Shown: positions 27,409 to 35,857 of the stretch, piece after piece
How the letters are laid out: every line of letters begins with the position of its first letter
Position numbering within the stretch: the first letter of the stretch is position 1
Source of the DNA: Candidatus Woesearchaeota archaeon
Lineage (GTDB): Archaea; Nanobdellota; Nanobdellia; Pacearchaeales; GW2011-AR1
Direction: 5' to 3'
Assembly (NCBI GenBank): GCA_964554415.1
Contig: CAZKON010000001.1
Coordinates: 1 to 49,034, forward strand
DNA: 49,034 nt
Notes under the pieces: generated by a model
The model's input: only the letters and a program-made list of their open reading frames with translations
Databases searched by the model: none
What the model was told of the DNA's origin: nothing
Made by a program: the position numbers and the translations under genes

Positions 27409-27801
27409 ATGAAATATACTACAAATACTCCTATGGGGAATAAGATTCATCAGCAGTGGAGTTGCACACATGTAACTTTGCAATTGTATGAAGGACTAAG
27501 AAATTACTTGCCTAAAGAAGATGCTGCCGCAGTGCTTGTAGCTCATCAGGTCTGTTTCCCACGTTCTTCTCCAGCAGGAGTGGAGAGAGTAGTATACTTG
27601 GCGCGGAAATTATTGCCTAAAGAACAGATAGGTTTTCATAATATTGAAGAGTATTATCCTCATGTGAGAAGAGAGGTTATTTGTACAATGGTTGAGCAAG
27701 AAAAAGGATATGCGCTCTTGCTGGCAGGGGCATTAGAACTTGCTGCCAATGATGCTGCCCAACTCGCGCATCAAGGTATACTTACACGGCAAGCTCCTTA
27801 A
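27409..27801 (+). CDS. Hypothetical protein
   Basis: 130-aa ORF with no recognisable motif. TATA-like ctttaaatag about 33 nt upstream. Confidence 0.35.
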   Translation: MKYTTNTPMGNKIHQQWSCTHVTLQLYEGLRNYLPKEDAAAVLVAHQVCFPRSSPAGVERVVYLARKLLPKEQIGFHNIEEYYPHVRREVICTMVEQEKGYALLLAGALELAANDAAQLAHQGILTRQAP

Positions 27802-27841
27802 TTAAAAAACTTTATAAATCTTAAATTAATGATACATCAAG

Positions 27842-28237
27842 ATGGACTGGTATGACGACGACCCTTTTGAGGGCATATTTAGGGAATTTTTTGGGAATGC
27901 GCGCAGTCAGAGCCCTGTAAGAAAAAGGCGCGCTTCTTTCACAGAGGGTGAAGAAGAAGACAGGACGATTGATGCCATTGAGACAGAGCATTCAATTTTC
28001 TTCATCTTTGAGCTATCTGGCTACAGCGAAAAAGACATCTCAGTTAGCGTCAGGGAGCGACAGCTTGAGATAAATGCCAAGAAGCAGCAGGTTGCCGGTA
28101 TCCAAGAATACCTTCTCCAGAGGCTTCAACAAGGCATGATGATAAAGAAGGCCCTGCCCTCAGGAATTTCTGTGAAATCATTTAAGCACACTTTCAAGAA
28201 CGGCATTCTGGAGGTATGCTTCAAGAAGAATGACTAA
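27842..28237 (+). CDS. Small heat-shock protein (Hsp20/alpha-crystallin)
   Basis: 131 aa. Alpha-crystallin core FFIFELSGYSEKDISVSVRERQLEINAKK...FKNGILEV. TATA ctttataaatc about 27 nt upstream. 8-nt overlap with cdc48. Confidence 0.85.
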   Translation: MDWYDDDPFEGIFREFFGNARSQSPVRKRRASFTEGEEEDRTIDAIETEHSIFFIFELSGYSEKDISVSVRERQLEINAKKQQVAGIQEYLLQRLQQGMMIKKALPSGISVKSFKHTFKNGILEVCFKKND

Positions 28238-30437
28238 CGAACAGGACAAATCCACAACGCTGGAGATTGCAGAAGCGTTGCAGGAAGATATTGACAAAGG
28301 CATAGCGCGCATTCCTTCAAGAGCTCTTAAAAAGTTAGGGCTTGTTTCAGGAGATACTATTGAAATTAAAGGAAAACAGGCTGCCTCAATACGTGTTTTG
28401 CGCACCCCCCCGAAAGATGAATCAAAAGATATAATCCGAATTGATGGTACAACACGTGCAAACATTGGTTCATCTCTGGGGGAGCGTATCTCTGTAGTGC
28501 AGTTGGCAGTGCAGCCGGCAGAATCAATTACTCTCGCGCCAACACAAGAAGTCAGATTCAGCGATGACCCTACAGAATATTTTCATGCCAAGCTTTTAGA
28601 CCGTCCACTTGCGGTTAAGCAGGCAGTAATCATAGATGTTTTTGGCACGCGCCTAAGATACGTTGTAACAAAAACAAGCCCAAAAGGTTTCTGCATTGTT
28701 ACACCCTCAACAAAACTTTTAATCTCAGATGATGTGCAATCAGGAGATGCTAAGGCGACAAACGTAACTTATGAAGATATTGGAGGTCTGAAGAATGAAA
28801 TAGAACTAATCAGGGAGATGGTGGAGTTGCCGATGAAACACCCAGAAGTCTTTCAGAAACTGGGTGTAGGCGCGCCAAAGGGAGTGCTGCTAACTGGTCC
28901 TCCAGGAACTGGCAAGACACTTATTGCGAAGGCAGTTGCCAATGAAACTGATGCAAATTTTTACTCAATCGCAGGTCCAGAGATAATGAGCAAGTATTAT
29001 GGCGAATCAGAGAAGCATCTCCGTGAGGTTTTTGAAAAAGCAGAAAAAAATGCTCCTTCAATTATATTTATTGACGAGATTGATTCAATTGCACCCAAGC
29101 GCTCCGAAGGCACAGACCAGACAGAAAAACGCATTGTCGCGCAGCTTCTGACAGTTATGGACGGTCTGAAATCGCGCGGCCAACTGGTTGTTATGGCTGC
29201 GACAAACCGTCCTGACGATCTTGATGAAGCGCTTCGCCGCCCAGGAAGGTTTGATAGGGAGATACGGATTAATCCACCGGATGAGCGCGGCAGAAAGGAG
29301 ATTCTTCAGATTCATACAAGAGGTATGCCTCTGGAAAAAGATGTTAATTTCGAAGAATTAGCAGCGCGTACAATTGGATACACGGGTGCTGATGTTGAAG
29401 TTCTTTGCAAAGAAGCCGCGTTGAAATCAATTAAGCCGTATTTCAATGAACTGAAGAACATGCAGGATAGAGTTCCAACCGAGATTCTGGACAAGATAAA
29501 AGTAAGTAGGCAGCACTTTATTGATGCCATGAAGTTTGTAGAACCTTCAGCATTGCGGGAAGTTATGATAAGCAAACCGAATGTGCATTGGAATGATGTT
29601 GGTGGTTTGGAAGATGCAAAAGATAAGTTGCGCGAACTTGTTGAGCTTCCACTGCTTATGCCTGAGCTGTTCATCAAGGTAGGTATCAAGCCAGCAAAGG
29701 GAATTTTGTTGTCCGGTCTTCCAGGCACTGGAAAAACATTGTTGGCAAAGGCTGTTGCCACCGAGGCAAAAGCGAATTTCATCTCAGTAAAGGGTCCTGA
29801 ATTAGTGAGCAAATGGGTAGGCGAGTCAGAGAAGCACCTGCGGGAAATTTTCAAGAAAGCACGGCAGGTCGCTCCTACAATTATTTTCTTTGATGAATTT
29901 GACAGTATTGCAAAAGTCAGAGGTTCCTCTTTAAATGACAGCACAGAAAAAATGGTTAATCAACTTCTGACTGAAATGGACGGTGTCGAAGAGTTGGAGA
30001 AAGTAGTTATTATAGCAGCCACAAACAGGAAGGATTTGATTGATCCTGCATTGTTGCGCCCGGGGCGATTTGATGCGATTGTCGAGCTTTCCATTCCCGA
30101 CAAAAAAACACGTGAGAAAATATTTGCAGTGCATACACAGAAAATGCCTTTAGATTCATCTCTAAAGCTTACAGAGTATATTGAAAAAACCGATGGGTTT
30201 AATGGAGCAGAAATAGAAGCAATCTGTCGAGAGGCAGGTATTCGTACTATCAAACGGATGTATGGTGCCAAGATACTGCCTGATAGGATAACTGTTACAA
30301 AAGCTGATTTTGATGCAGCGTTTGAGGCAGTTATGCTGACAACAGGCAGAACACCGGAAAAAACTCTAAAAGAACAGAAGAAAGTATCGGAATCTGCGAA
30401 TGAAAAGAAAGACAAGCGCGCAATTACGGAGAATTAA
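28230..30437 (+). CDS. cdc48: Cdc48/VCP-like AAA+ ATPase
   Basis: 735 aa. N-domain, then D1 ([16 protein letters not shown]) and D2 ([16 protein letters not shown]) modules with second regions of homology. Confidence 0.95.
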   Translation: MTNEQDKSTTLEIAEALQEDIDKGIARIPSRALKKLGLVSGDTIEIKGKQAASIRVLRTPPKDESKDIIRIDGTTRANIGSSLGERISVVQLAVQPAESITLAPTQEVRFSDDPTEYFHAKLLDRPLAVKQAVIIDVFGTRLRYVVTKTSPKGFCIVTPSTKLLISDDVQSGDAKATNVTYEDIGGLKNEIELIREMVELPMKHPEVFQKLGVGAPKGVLLTGPPGTGKTLIAKAVANETDANFYSIAGPEIMSKYYGESEKHLREVFEKAEKNAPSIIFIDEIDSIAPKRSEGTDQTEKRIVAQLLTVMDGLKSRGQLVVMAATNRPDDLDEALRRPGRFDREIRINPPDERGRKEILQIHTRGMPLEKDVNFEELAARTIGYTGADVEVLCKEAALKSIKPYFNELKNMQDRVPTEILDKIKVSRQHFIDAMKFVEPSALREVMISKPNVHWNDVGGLEDAKDKLRELVELPLLMPELFIKVGIKPAKGILLSGLPGTGKTLLAKAVATEAKANFISVKGPELVSKWVGESEKHLREIFKKARQVAPTIIFFDEFDSIAKVRGSSLNDSTEKMVNQLLTEMDGVEELEKVVIIAATNRKDLIDPALLRPGRFDAIVELSIPDKKTREKIFAVHTQKMPLDSSLKLTEYIEKTDGFNGAEIEAICREAGIRTIKRMYGAKILPDRITVTKADFDAAFEAVMLTTGRTPEKTLKEQKKVSESANEKKDKRAITEN

Positions 30438-30495
30438 ATTTATCATAAAATACACTGACCGACATGCTTATATAACCAGCAAAATGCTCTGTTGT

Positions 30496-31539
30496 ATGAG
30501 TCAGAAATCATTCTTTGAGAAACAGACACCGGAAGAGATGCGCGGTGCTTTACAAGTTAAACGGGTATTCACGCAGCGAGGTCTGGTTGAGCATATCTGG
30601 AATCTTAATCAAAAGAGCGAAGCTATTGAACTTCGGACGCCTTTGATTCCCGCGGTTTTCCGCATGCAAGTCAAAACTCAGGCGCGTGCCTCCAGGAAAA
30701 ATTACAAGCACGGATTAGTCATTAACCTCTATCAGCCGCAAACGCGAGAGCAGGCTTACGAGTATCCATACACTCCTTTAACAGCGCGGATGAGGTCGCT
30801 TGAGGCAGCGCTCAGAGACTTACGTGAGGAAGAAATTAAATTTGTCGGTGTTGCGTGGCATCCTGTGCAAACACGAGACCGTCGTCGGCGCGTAGTTCCG
30901 TTTGATGCAGTTCTCGAAGGGACAAAGCTGTATAATTATGCTGTTAATCGCGCAGGTAGTATTAAGGTAAATGAAAAATATACGGAAGCAGCAGTTGTGC
31001 AGCGTGAAGGAGGACAAGTTTTTTGTTCTGTTCCGTCTAGGACAAAGGGAAGAAAAAGATATAACCTGACTTTGATGAATCTACCCATAAAGCAGGGCAG
31101 GGAGAAAAATGCAATTATCTGGGGATTAAAAAGCCAGTATGAAGCAGGCGCAGAGCCAGAACGTACAACCTTCCTGCACCATCTTCGTTATGCTTTCGCT
31201 TCAGGCTCGCAAGGCTCAGATATTTTAGTTTTCGGTCCGCATGAAGTTGCAGCATATCTGGCAGTAATAAGGAGATATTGGGATGGTCTTGAGAACACAG
31301 TACCACTGGAGATGAATCCTTTTCCACTGCCTTCGAAAGCGTGGGCCGCATTTTATAATGCGCTCGATAATAATGTCATGATTTATGACCCGACACTTTC
31401 AGGCAGTGACAAACTTCGGAATCTTCATCTTGACGAGAAGTGCATGTTGCTGGCGCGCAGTATCAAGGTAAAAGGAGCTTATGAAACAGCATTCTGGGAT
31501 CCTCAGCGAGACGGTCAAATCAAGAAGTATTGGAAATGA
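30496..31539 (+). CDS. Hypothetical protein (about 347 aa from preferred start)
   Basis: The track ORF begins at 30400 inside cdc48. Met33 (30496) lies about 25 nt downstream of cttatataa (30466..30474). No recognisable domain. Followed by repeat copy B and palindrome copy 2. Confidence 0.5.
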   Translation: MSQKSFFEKQTPEEMRGALQVKRVFTQRGLVEHIWNLNQKSEAIELRTPLIPAVFRMQVKTQARASRKNYKHGLVINLYQPQTREQAYEYPYTPLTARMRSLEAALRDLREEEIKFVGVAWHPVQTRDRRRRVVPFDAVLEGTKLYNYAVNRAGSIKVNEKYTEAAVVQREGGQVFCSVPSRTKGRKRYNLTLMNLPIKQGREKNAIIWGLKSQYEAGAEPERTTFLHHLRYAFASGSQGSDILVFGPHEVAAYLAVIRRYWDGLENTVPLEMNPFPLPSKAWAAFYNALDNNVMIYDPTLSGSDKLRNLHLDEKCMLLARSIKVKGAYETAFWDPQRDGQIKKYWK

Positions 31540-31558
31540 ATTATGCGGATAAATATAT

Positions 31559-31647
31559 CGAATAACTTTAATATTCGTAGTTCTTTAGTTGTTCGATAGA
31601 TAGGGAATCACATACAAATATTACGATTATTAATGTGATTCCCTATA
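31559..31647. repeat. Two-hairpin repeat, copy B (diverged, 89 nt)
   Basis: cgaataac...gttgttcg, then tagggaatcacat-N19-atgtgattcccta. Relative to copies A and C, the second stem carries a paired a>g / t>c change that keeps 13/13 pairing. Confidence 0.85.
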
Positions 31648-31663
31648 AGTTAAAATATAGTCA

Positions 31664-31690
31664 AGGACTTTAGGGGTTTGTCAAAGTCCT
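31664..31690. repeat. 27-nt palindromic element, copy 2
   Basis: Identical to 12439..12465. Its right arm extends to aaagtcctctat, matching the extended left arm atagaggacttt of copy 1. Confidence 0.8.
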
Positions 31691-31713
31691 CTATAAATCA
31701 AAGAATATTTTAC

Positions 31714-32877
31714 TTACAAGCTAATCATCTGAACCTTCGGATTATCCACACTGCCAAAAGTTAGAGCAGCAAGGTATTGCACACTTCGTTCATCACATGC
31801 TCTGATTGTGGGAGAGACTGCAGAGCCATCAATGACAACAGCAAATATCTGCTTTCGTGAGCTCATAATATTTCTCGTTACTTCACGTGAACTTATTTTT
31901 TTGATAACATCAAAATTAGCATCAACTAAGACAGCGGTCCGTGTGCCCCTGATTTTCTCATATGATTCCTTAATCGCAGCATTCACATCTCCACCGTAAC
32001 TCTGTGATACTGTTGCCCCGGTTTCGCTGCTCAAATCTTCATCAAATCCTCGCTCAAACTGCAACCGCCGCAGAAATTCATCAGTCGGTAATTTTTTGCG
32101 TAGAGCCATAAGAATTTCTTTACCTGCAAGTTCTTCAACTTCCTTGCCATCAGGAGCCATGGCTACGAACAAAATACGCGCATTATTGATGACATTTTTG
32201 GCAATAAGCCTGCCCCCTCTGTCTCCATCAATGAAAAGAGTAAGCTCTTTGTCATTGCCAATTTTGGTAATAGTTATGGGTAATTTAGTTCCATTCATGC
32301 CAATGACATTATTCACTCTGTTTTTCAGCAGGTTTACAACATCTGCTCTGCCTTCAACTACAATAATTTCATTCCCATTCAAATCGCCTGCAGGAAGCTT
32401 TTCATCCCCATATTCTTGAATTTTCGAGGTACGTGCTTCTTCCTTCAACGTTCGCGACATCTCTCCTATCTCTCCTCCTTCATCAAGATTTTCAAGCAGT
32501 TTCTTTGCCCGTTCAAGAATAAAATCTCTTTTGCTTCCACGCACATCTTCGATTTTAGAAATTTCAATTTTAGCTTCAGTTGGGCCTATACGGTCTATTG
32601 TTTCCAGGGCTGCAGCAATAATAGTTGTCTCAGATTTATCAAGCGCGCTGGGAAGTTTAATCATTCCAACGCTCTTGCCGTCCACTATCTCCAAATCCAC
32701 TTCTATGCGGCCAATCCTGCCCTCTTTCTGCAATTCACGCATCTCCAAATCAGAGCCTAACAATCCCTCGGTTTGACCAAAGATAGCACCGATTACGTCG
32801 GGCTTCTCTAACGGCCCTTCTGCTCTAAATGAGGCATGGATCATATATTTAATCGATACCGGACTGATTTTTGCCAT
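31714..32877 (-). CDS. dnaG: Archaeal DnaG-type primase (TOPRIM protein)
   Basis: 387 aa. N-terminal IKYMIHASFRAEGPLEKPDVIGAIFGQTEGLLG is typical of archaeal DnaG. TOPRIM VVEGRADV and FIDGDRGG. Confidence 0.9.
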   Translation of the reverse strand: MAKISPVSIKYMIHASFRAEGPLEKPDVIGAIFGQTEGLLGSDLEMRELQKEGRIGRIEVDLEIVDGKSVGMIKLPSALDKSETTIIAAALETIDRIGPTEAKIEISKIEDVRGSKRDFILERAKKLLENLDEGGEIGEMSRTLKEEARTSKIQEYGDEKLPAGDLNGNEIIVVEGRADVVNLLKNRVNNVIGMNGTKLPITITKIGNDKELTLFIDGDRGGRLIAKNVINNARILFVAMAPDGKEVEELAGKEILMALRKKLPTDEFLRRLQFERGFDEDLSSETGATVSQSYGGDVNAAIKESYEKIRGTRTAVLVDANFDVIKKISSREVTRNIMSSRKQIFAVVIDGSAVSPTIRACDERSVQYLAALTFGSVDNPKVQMISL

Positions 32878-33152
32878 GTTTTAGTGCTCCAGCCATTTTA
32901 GGCTGTATTTCATGATACCTGTTATTTTAGAAAGAAAGCGATACAAACAATGTCCCCCGGGACGTGAATATGAGTGCGGACTTCTTTCTACATGTTATTG
33001 AATTTAATCTGCTATTTAAATGTTTCTTCGCAAGGTTTCGTTAACTTAAAATGTGATAATCACTTTTATCGATGATAAATGTCAAGTTATTAAAAGTTTG
33101 GATTAATTCTTTATCGAAGACAATACTTCATTTATCACCCGTTTAGTTATAG

Positions 33153-33240
33153 CGAATAACTTTAATTTCCGTAGTTGTTTTGTTATTCGCTAGATAGGAA
33201 ATCACATCAGAAATTACGATTATTAAAGTGATTTCCTATA
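33153..33240. repeat. 88-nt two-hairpin repeat, copy C
   Basis: Identical to copy A except t>a at 33227, which creates one mismatch at the top of stem 2. Followed by atttatata and a 35-codon ORF. Confidence 0.85.
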
Positions 33241-33295
33241 ACAGAACCTACTTTGCAAAACATTTATATACCTCTGCTCTTACTTTCGATAAACA

Positions 33296-33403
33296 ATGAT
33301 GGTGAAAAAAGAGGGACCAAAGGTAGAGGAGATGCACGAAGAATTGTCAGAACCTGTTGAGTTTGACGAATTGTTCGGCGGACTGGAATCAACGTCAGAC
33401 TAG
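33296..33403 (+). CDS. Possible 35-aa acidic micro-protein
   Basis: MMVKKEGPKVEEMHEELSEPVEFDELFGGLESTSD. The ATG lies about 30 nt downstream of atttatata. Below the ORF-track size cut-off. No homology evidence. Confidence 0.2.
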   Translation: MMVKKEGPKVEEMHEELSEPVEFDELFGGLESTSD

Positions 33404-33460
33404 ATTTCCCATCAGGCTCTTAGACAATCTGGTGCATAGTGTAGCAAAAGACAGCAGATT

Positions 33461-34111
33461 TTACAAAACTAAGTCATCATCAAGACTAATCTCTCTGAAA
33501 GAAAAACTTGATTTCTTTTCAACTGGATGTTGAGGCGGCTGTGTAAGTTGTGACATCATTCTTTTTAGGCTGCCGTACTCCACTATTTTGCCTAGTTTTT
33601 CGTACAATCCAAGAAGTAATGCCTGCGCTTCTTTTCGTTCTTGTTGAGTCAGTTCAGAGATACTAAGGTATTGTTGATATGCTTCCATCGCGCGTTTTCT
33701 TTTGTTTTTGCTGATACATTTTTGAGCATATGTCTTGTATGCCTCTTTTCGTCGCATACGCAACTGCTCTTTTTGTTTTTCACTAGCACAAGCGAGCGCC
33801 TTGGCATAAGAGATTTCTGCTTCATCAAAATTTCCGCCTTTAATATAATGATCACTTGATTTCATAAAGTCCTGCATCTTCCCCCCAAACGTTGTATTAA
33901 TCTCTGCAGCGATACGCAATAGTTTCCCTGCCTCCAGGTACATTTTGCGAGACTCATAAATCTCAGACAATTTCAGTAGTACAAATTTTTTCGTGTCAAA
34001 ATCAAGACTTTTCTTCAGACATGCAGAAAGATAGTCCATTTTTACATAATCTCCGGTATTTACAAGTTTGGCTTCAATATCCCTTCTATTCACACTCTCT
34101 TTTAGCTGCAT
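33461..34111 (-). CDS. Hypothetical helical-repeat (TPR-like) protein
   Basis: 216 aa, predicted all-helical with paired-helix periodicity (YLEAGKLLRIAAEI, FDEAEISYAKALACA). Confidence 0.4.
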   Translation of the reverse strand: MQLKESVNRRDIEAKLVNTGDYVKMDYLSACLKKSLDFDTKKFVLLKLSEIYESRKMYLEAGKLLRIAAEINTTFGGKMQDFMKSSDHYIKGGNFDEAEISYAKALACASEKQKEQLRMRRKEAYKTYAQKCISKNKRKRAMEAYQQYLSISELTQQERKEAQALLLGLYEKLGKIVEYGSLKRMMSQLTQPPQHPVEKKSSFSFREISLDDDLVL

Positions 34112-34286
34112 AGTCCTTTAGTATTTGTCTTTCTTTATAAGCATTGCTGTAGTAAAATAGAATATGCGTAAGAACTTGGCTTTCTAAAGCTCCGACGATA
34201 AAAAATTACTGATTTTTTACCAATTTTCATCTTTATAGACGATAACTATTTTACAAGCTAAGTAGATACGAATATGCAAAAACAAT

Positions 34287-35570
34287 TTAAGCAATCTTCT
34301 TCGCTTTCAATTCAATGCAAACACCTGCTGCAACAGTTGCGCCTGCATCTCTGATAGCAAAACGAGCCATATGTGGATTTGCTGCCTGAGTCTCCAAAAC
34401 TAGGTTGCCAATTGGTTTGATGCGCACTTTTGCAACATCTCCATTCTTTAGAAAATCAGGAGCCTTTGCAGTCTGTCCGTCAGGGCTTGTCTTTTCAATT
34501 AGTTCTATGAATTGGCATGGTACCTGTGCAGTGTGGACATGGAATACTGGGGTGTATCCTTTTGCGATAACAGTAGGATGTGAGATGACTGCAACCTGAG
34601 CTACGAATTCTTCAGCAATTGTTGCAGGTTTTGCTGCATCACAAACTACATCGCCGCGTGCAACATCTTTCTTGCCAACGCCTCTGATGTTGATTCCAAC
34701 ATTGTCTCCTGCTTCTGCCTGAGGCAGTTGTTCATGATGCATCTCAATACTTCTGATTTCGCCTTCTATACCTTTTCCTGATCTTCCAGGAAGAATTATT
34801 ATTTTCTGAGCAATCTTCATAATTCCTGTCTCAATTTTACCGACAGGAACAGTTCCTATACCTGTAATTTCATAAACATCTTGCAAAGGCATACGAAGAG
34901 GTAAATCAATAGGCTTTTCAGGTTGCGCAAATAAGTCCATTTGCTCAAGAACAGTTGGTCCTTTATACCAGGGCATATTCGTGCTCTTTTTAACAACATT
35001 ATCTCCCTTGAAACCAGAGATTGCAAGGAACGTAATTGTATCAGGCTTGTATCCTGCCATCTTCAATACAGCAGAGACATCTGTCTTGGTCTTATTATAA
35101 GTGTCTTCTTTATATTCTACTGCATCCATCTTGTTGATGTTTACTGCAATTTGCTGAACACCCATTGTTCTGAGAAGCCAGACATGCTCTTTCGTCTGAG
35201 GCTGAACCCCATCTTTTGCAGAAATAGTAAGGAATGCACAATCTGCCTGGCTTGCACCAGTAATCATATTCTTAACGAAGTCTTTGTGCCCGGGCGCATC
35301 AATGATTGTGACTTCATATTTGTTAGTAACTAGTTTCTGATAAGATAAGTCAATTGTTACTCCTCGCTCTCGCTCTTCTTTAATGTTATCCATAACGAAT
35401 GCAAACTCAAAACCCGCTTTTCCATGTTTCTGAGCTTCTGCTTTTAGTTTCTCCAATTCTTCAGGAGATACTTTTCCAGAGTCAAACATCAAACGACCAA
35501 TAGTAGTTGACTTGCCATGGTCTACGTGACCGACGAACACAACATTAAGTGTTGGTTTTTGCTTTGCCAT
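34287..35570 (-). CDS. tuf: Translation elongation factor EF-1 alpha
   Basis: 427 aa. [26 protein letters not shown]. Own TATA (tttaaata on the coding strand) about 30 nt upstream. Confidence 0.97.
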   Translation of the reverse strand: MAKQKPTLNVVFVGHVDHGKSTTIGRLMFDSGKVSPEELEKLKAEAQKHGKAGFEFAFVMDNIKEERERGVTIDLSYQKLVTNKYEVTIIDAPGHKDFVKNMITGASQADCAFLTISAKDGVQPQTKEHVWLLRTMGVQQIAVNINKMDAVEYKEDTYNKTKTDVSAVLKMAGYKPDTITFLAISGFKGDNVVKKSTNMPWYKGPTVLEQMDLFAQPEKPIDLPLRMPLQDVYEITGIGTVPVGKIETGIMKIAQKIIILPGRSGKGIEGEIRSIEMHHEQLPQAEAGDNVGINIRGVGKKDVARGDVVCDAAKPATIAEEFVAQVAVISHPTVIAKGYTPVFHVHTAQVPCQFIELIEKTSPDGQTAKAPDFLKNGDVAKVRIKPIGNLVLETQAANPHMARFAIRDAGATVAAGVCIELKAKKIA

Positions 35571-35643
35571 AGTAATACATCTTCGTAAATTATAAGGTAT
35601 TTAAATCTTTCTTTTTTGGAATCTACCGTCGGCGCAGGACGAG

Positions 35644-35708
35644 TTAGCCTACGGCGACTCCGCAGCAAGGAAGTCTGCAGCTCTTTAGCCGAGGAACTCC
35701 GCAGCAAG
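35644..35708. repeat. GC-rich imperfect direct repeat (2 units, period about 39-41 nt) in the EF-1alpha/island spacer
   Basis: ttagcc at 35644..35649 and 35685..35690. actccgcagcaag at 35657..35669 and 35696..35708. Confidence 0.7.
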
Positions 35709-35775
35709 AGAGGAACGAGATGGTATAATGGATTAAAGTCGTATATAGTTTATATACGAAGATATAGTCAGGGCT

Positions 35776-35782
35776 AAAAAAA
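35776..35782 (-). terminator. Oligo-T (T7 on the minus strand) downstream of the 629-aa island gene
   Basis: gggctaaaaaaacc on the plus strand. Preceded on the minus strand by a small gagc-gaaa-gctc hairpin. Confidence 0.35.
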
Positions 35783-35857
35783 CCTAAATACGGAATACGT
35801 TTCACTATCGCGATTGAGCTTTCGCTCAGTCATCGCTGTAATGTTTTTCGTAGTCGC

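Noticed and set aside
29312-29944. 210-aa antisense ORF inside cdc48. Similar shadow ORFs: 10770..11369 in infB, 45699..46163 in rps7, 35975..36400, 32096..32760, 29960..30415, 17259..17666
   Set aside because: All lie antisense to, or out of frame within, genes that have strong family signatures. They have low-complexity Ser/Leu/Phe-rich composition, typical of shadow frames.
15063-33240. Whether the three 88-nt repeats could be a CRISPR array or a degenerate one
   Set aside because: The copies are 16 kb and 1.5 kb apart and are not regularly spaced with spacers. They are too long and internally two-hairpinned. No cas genes are in the window.
35522-35707. 61-aa ORF spanning the GC-rich repeat
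   Set aside because: It overlaps the first 49 nt of EF-1alpha and its TATA box. Its Arg/Ser-rich sequence simply reflects the GC-rich repeat. I treat the region as non-coding.
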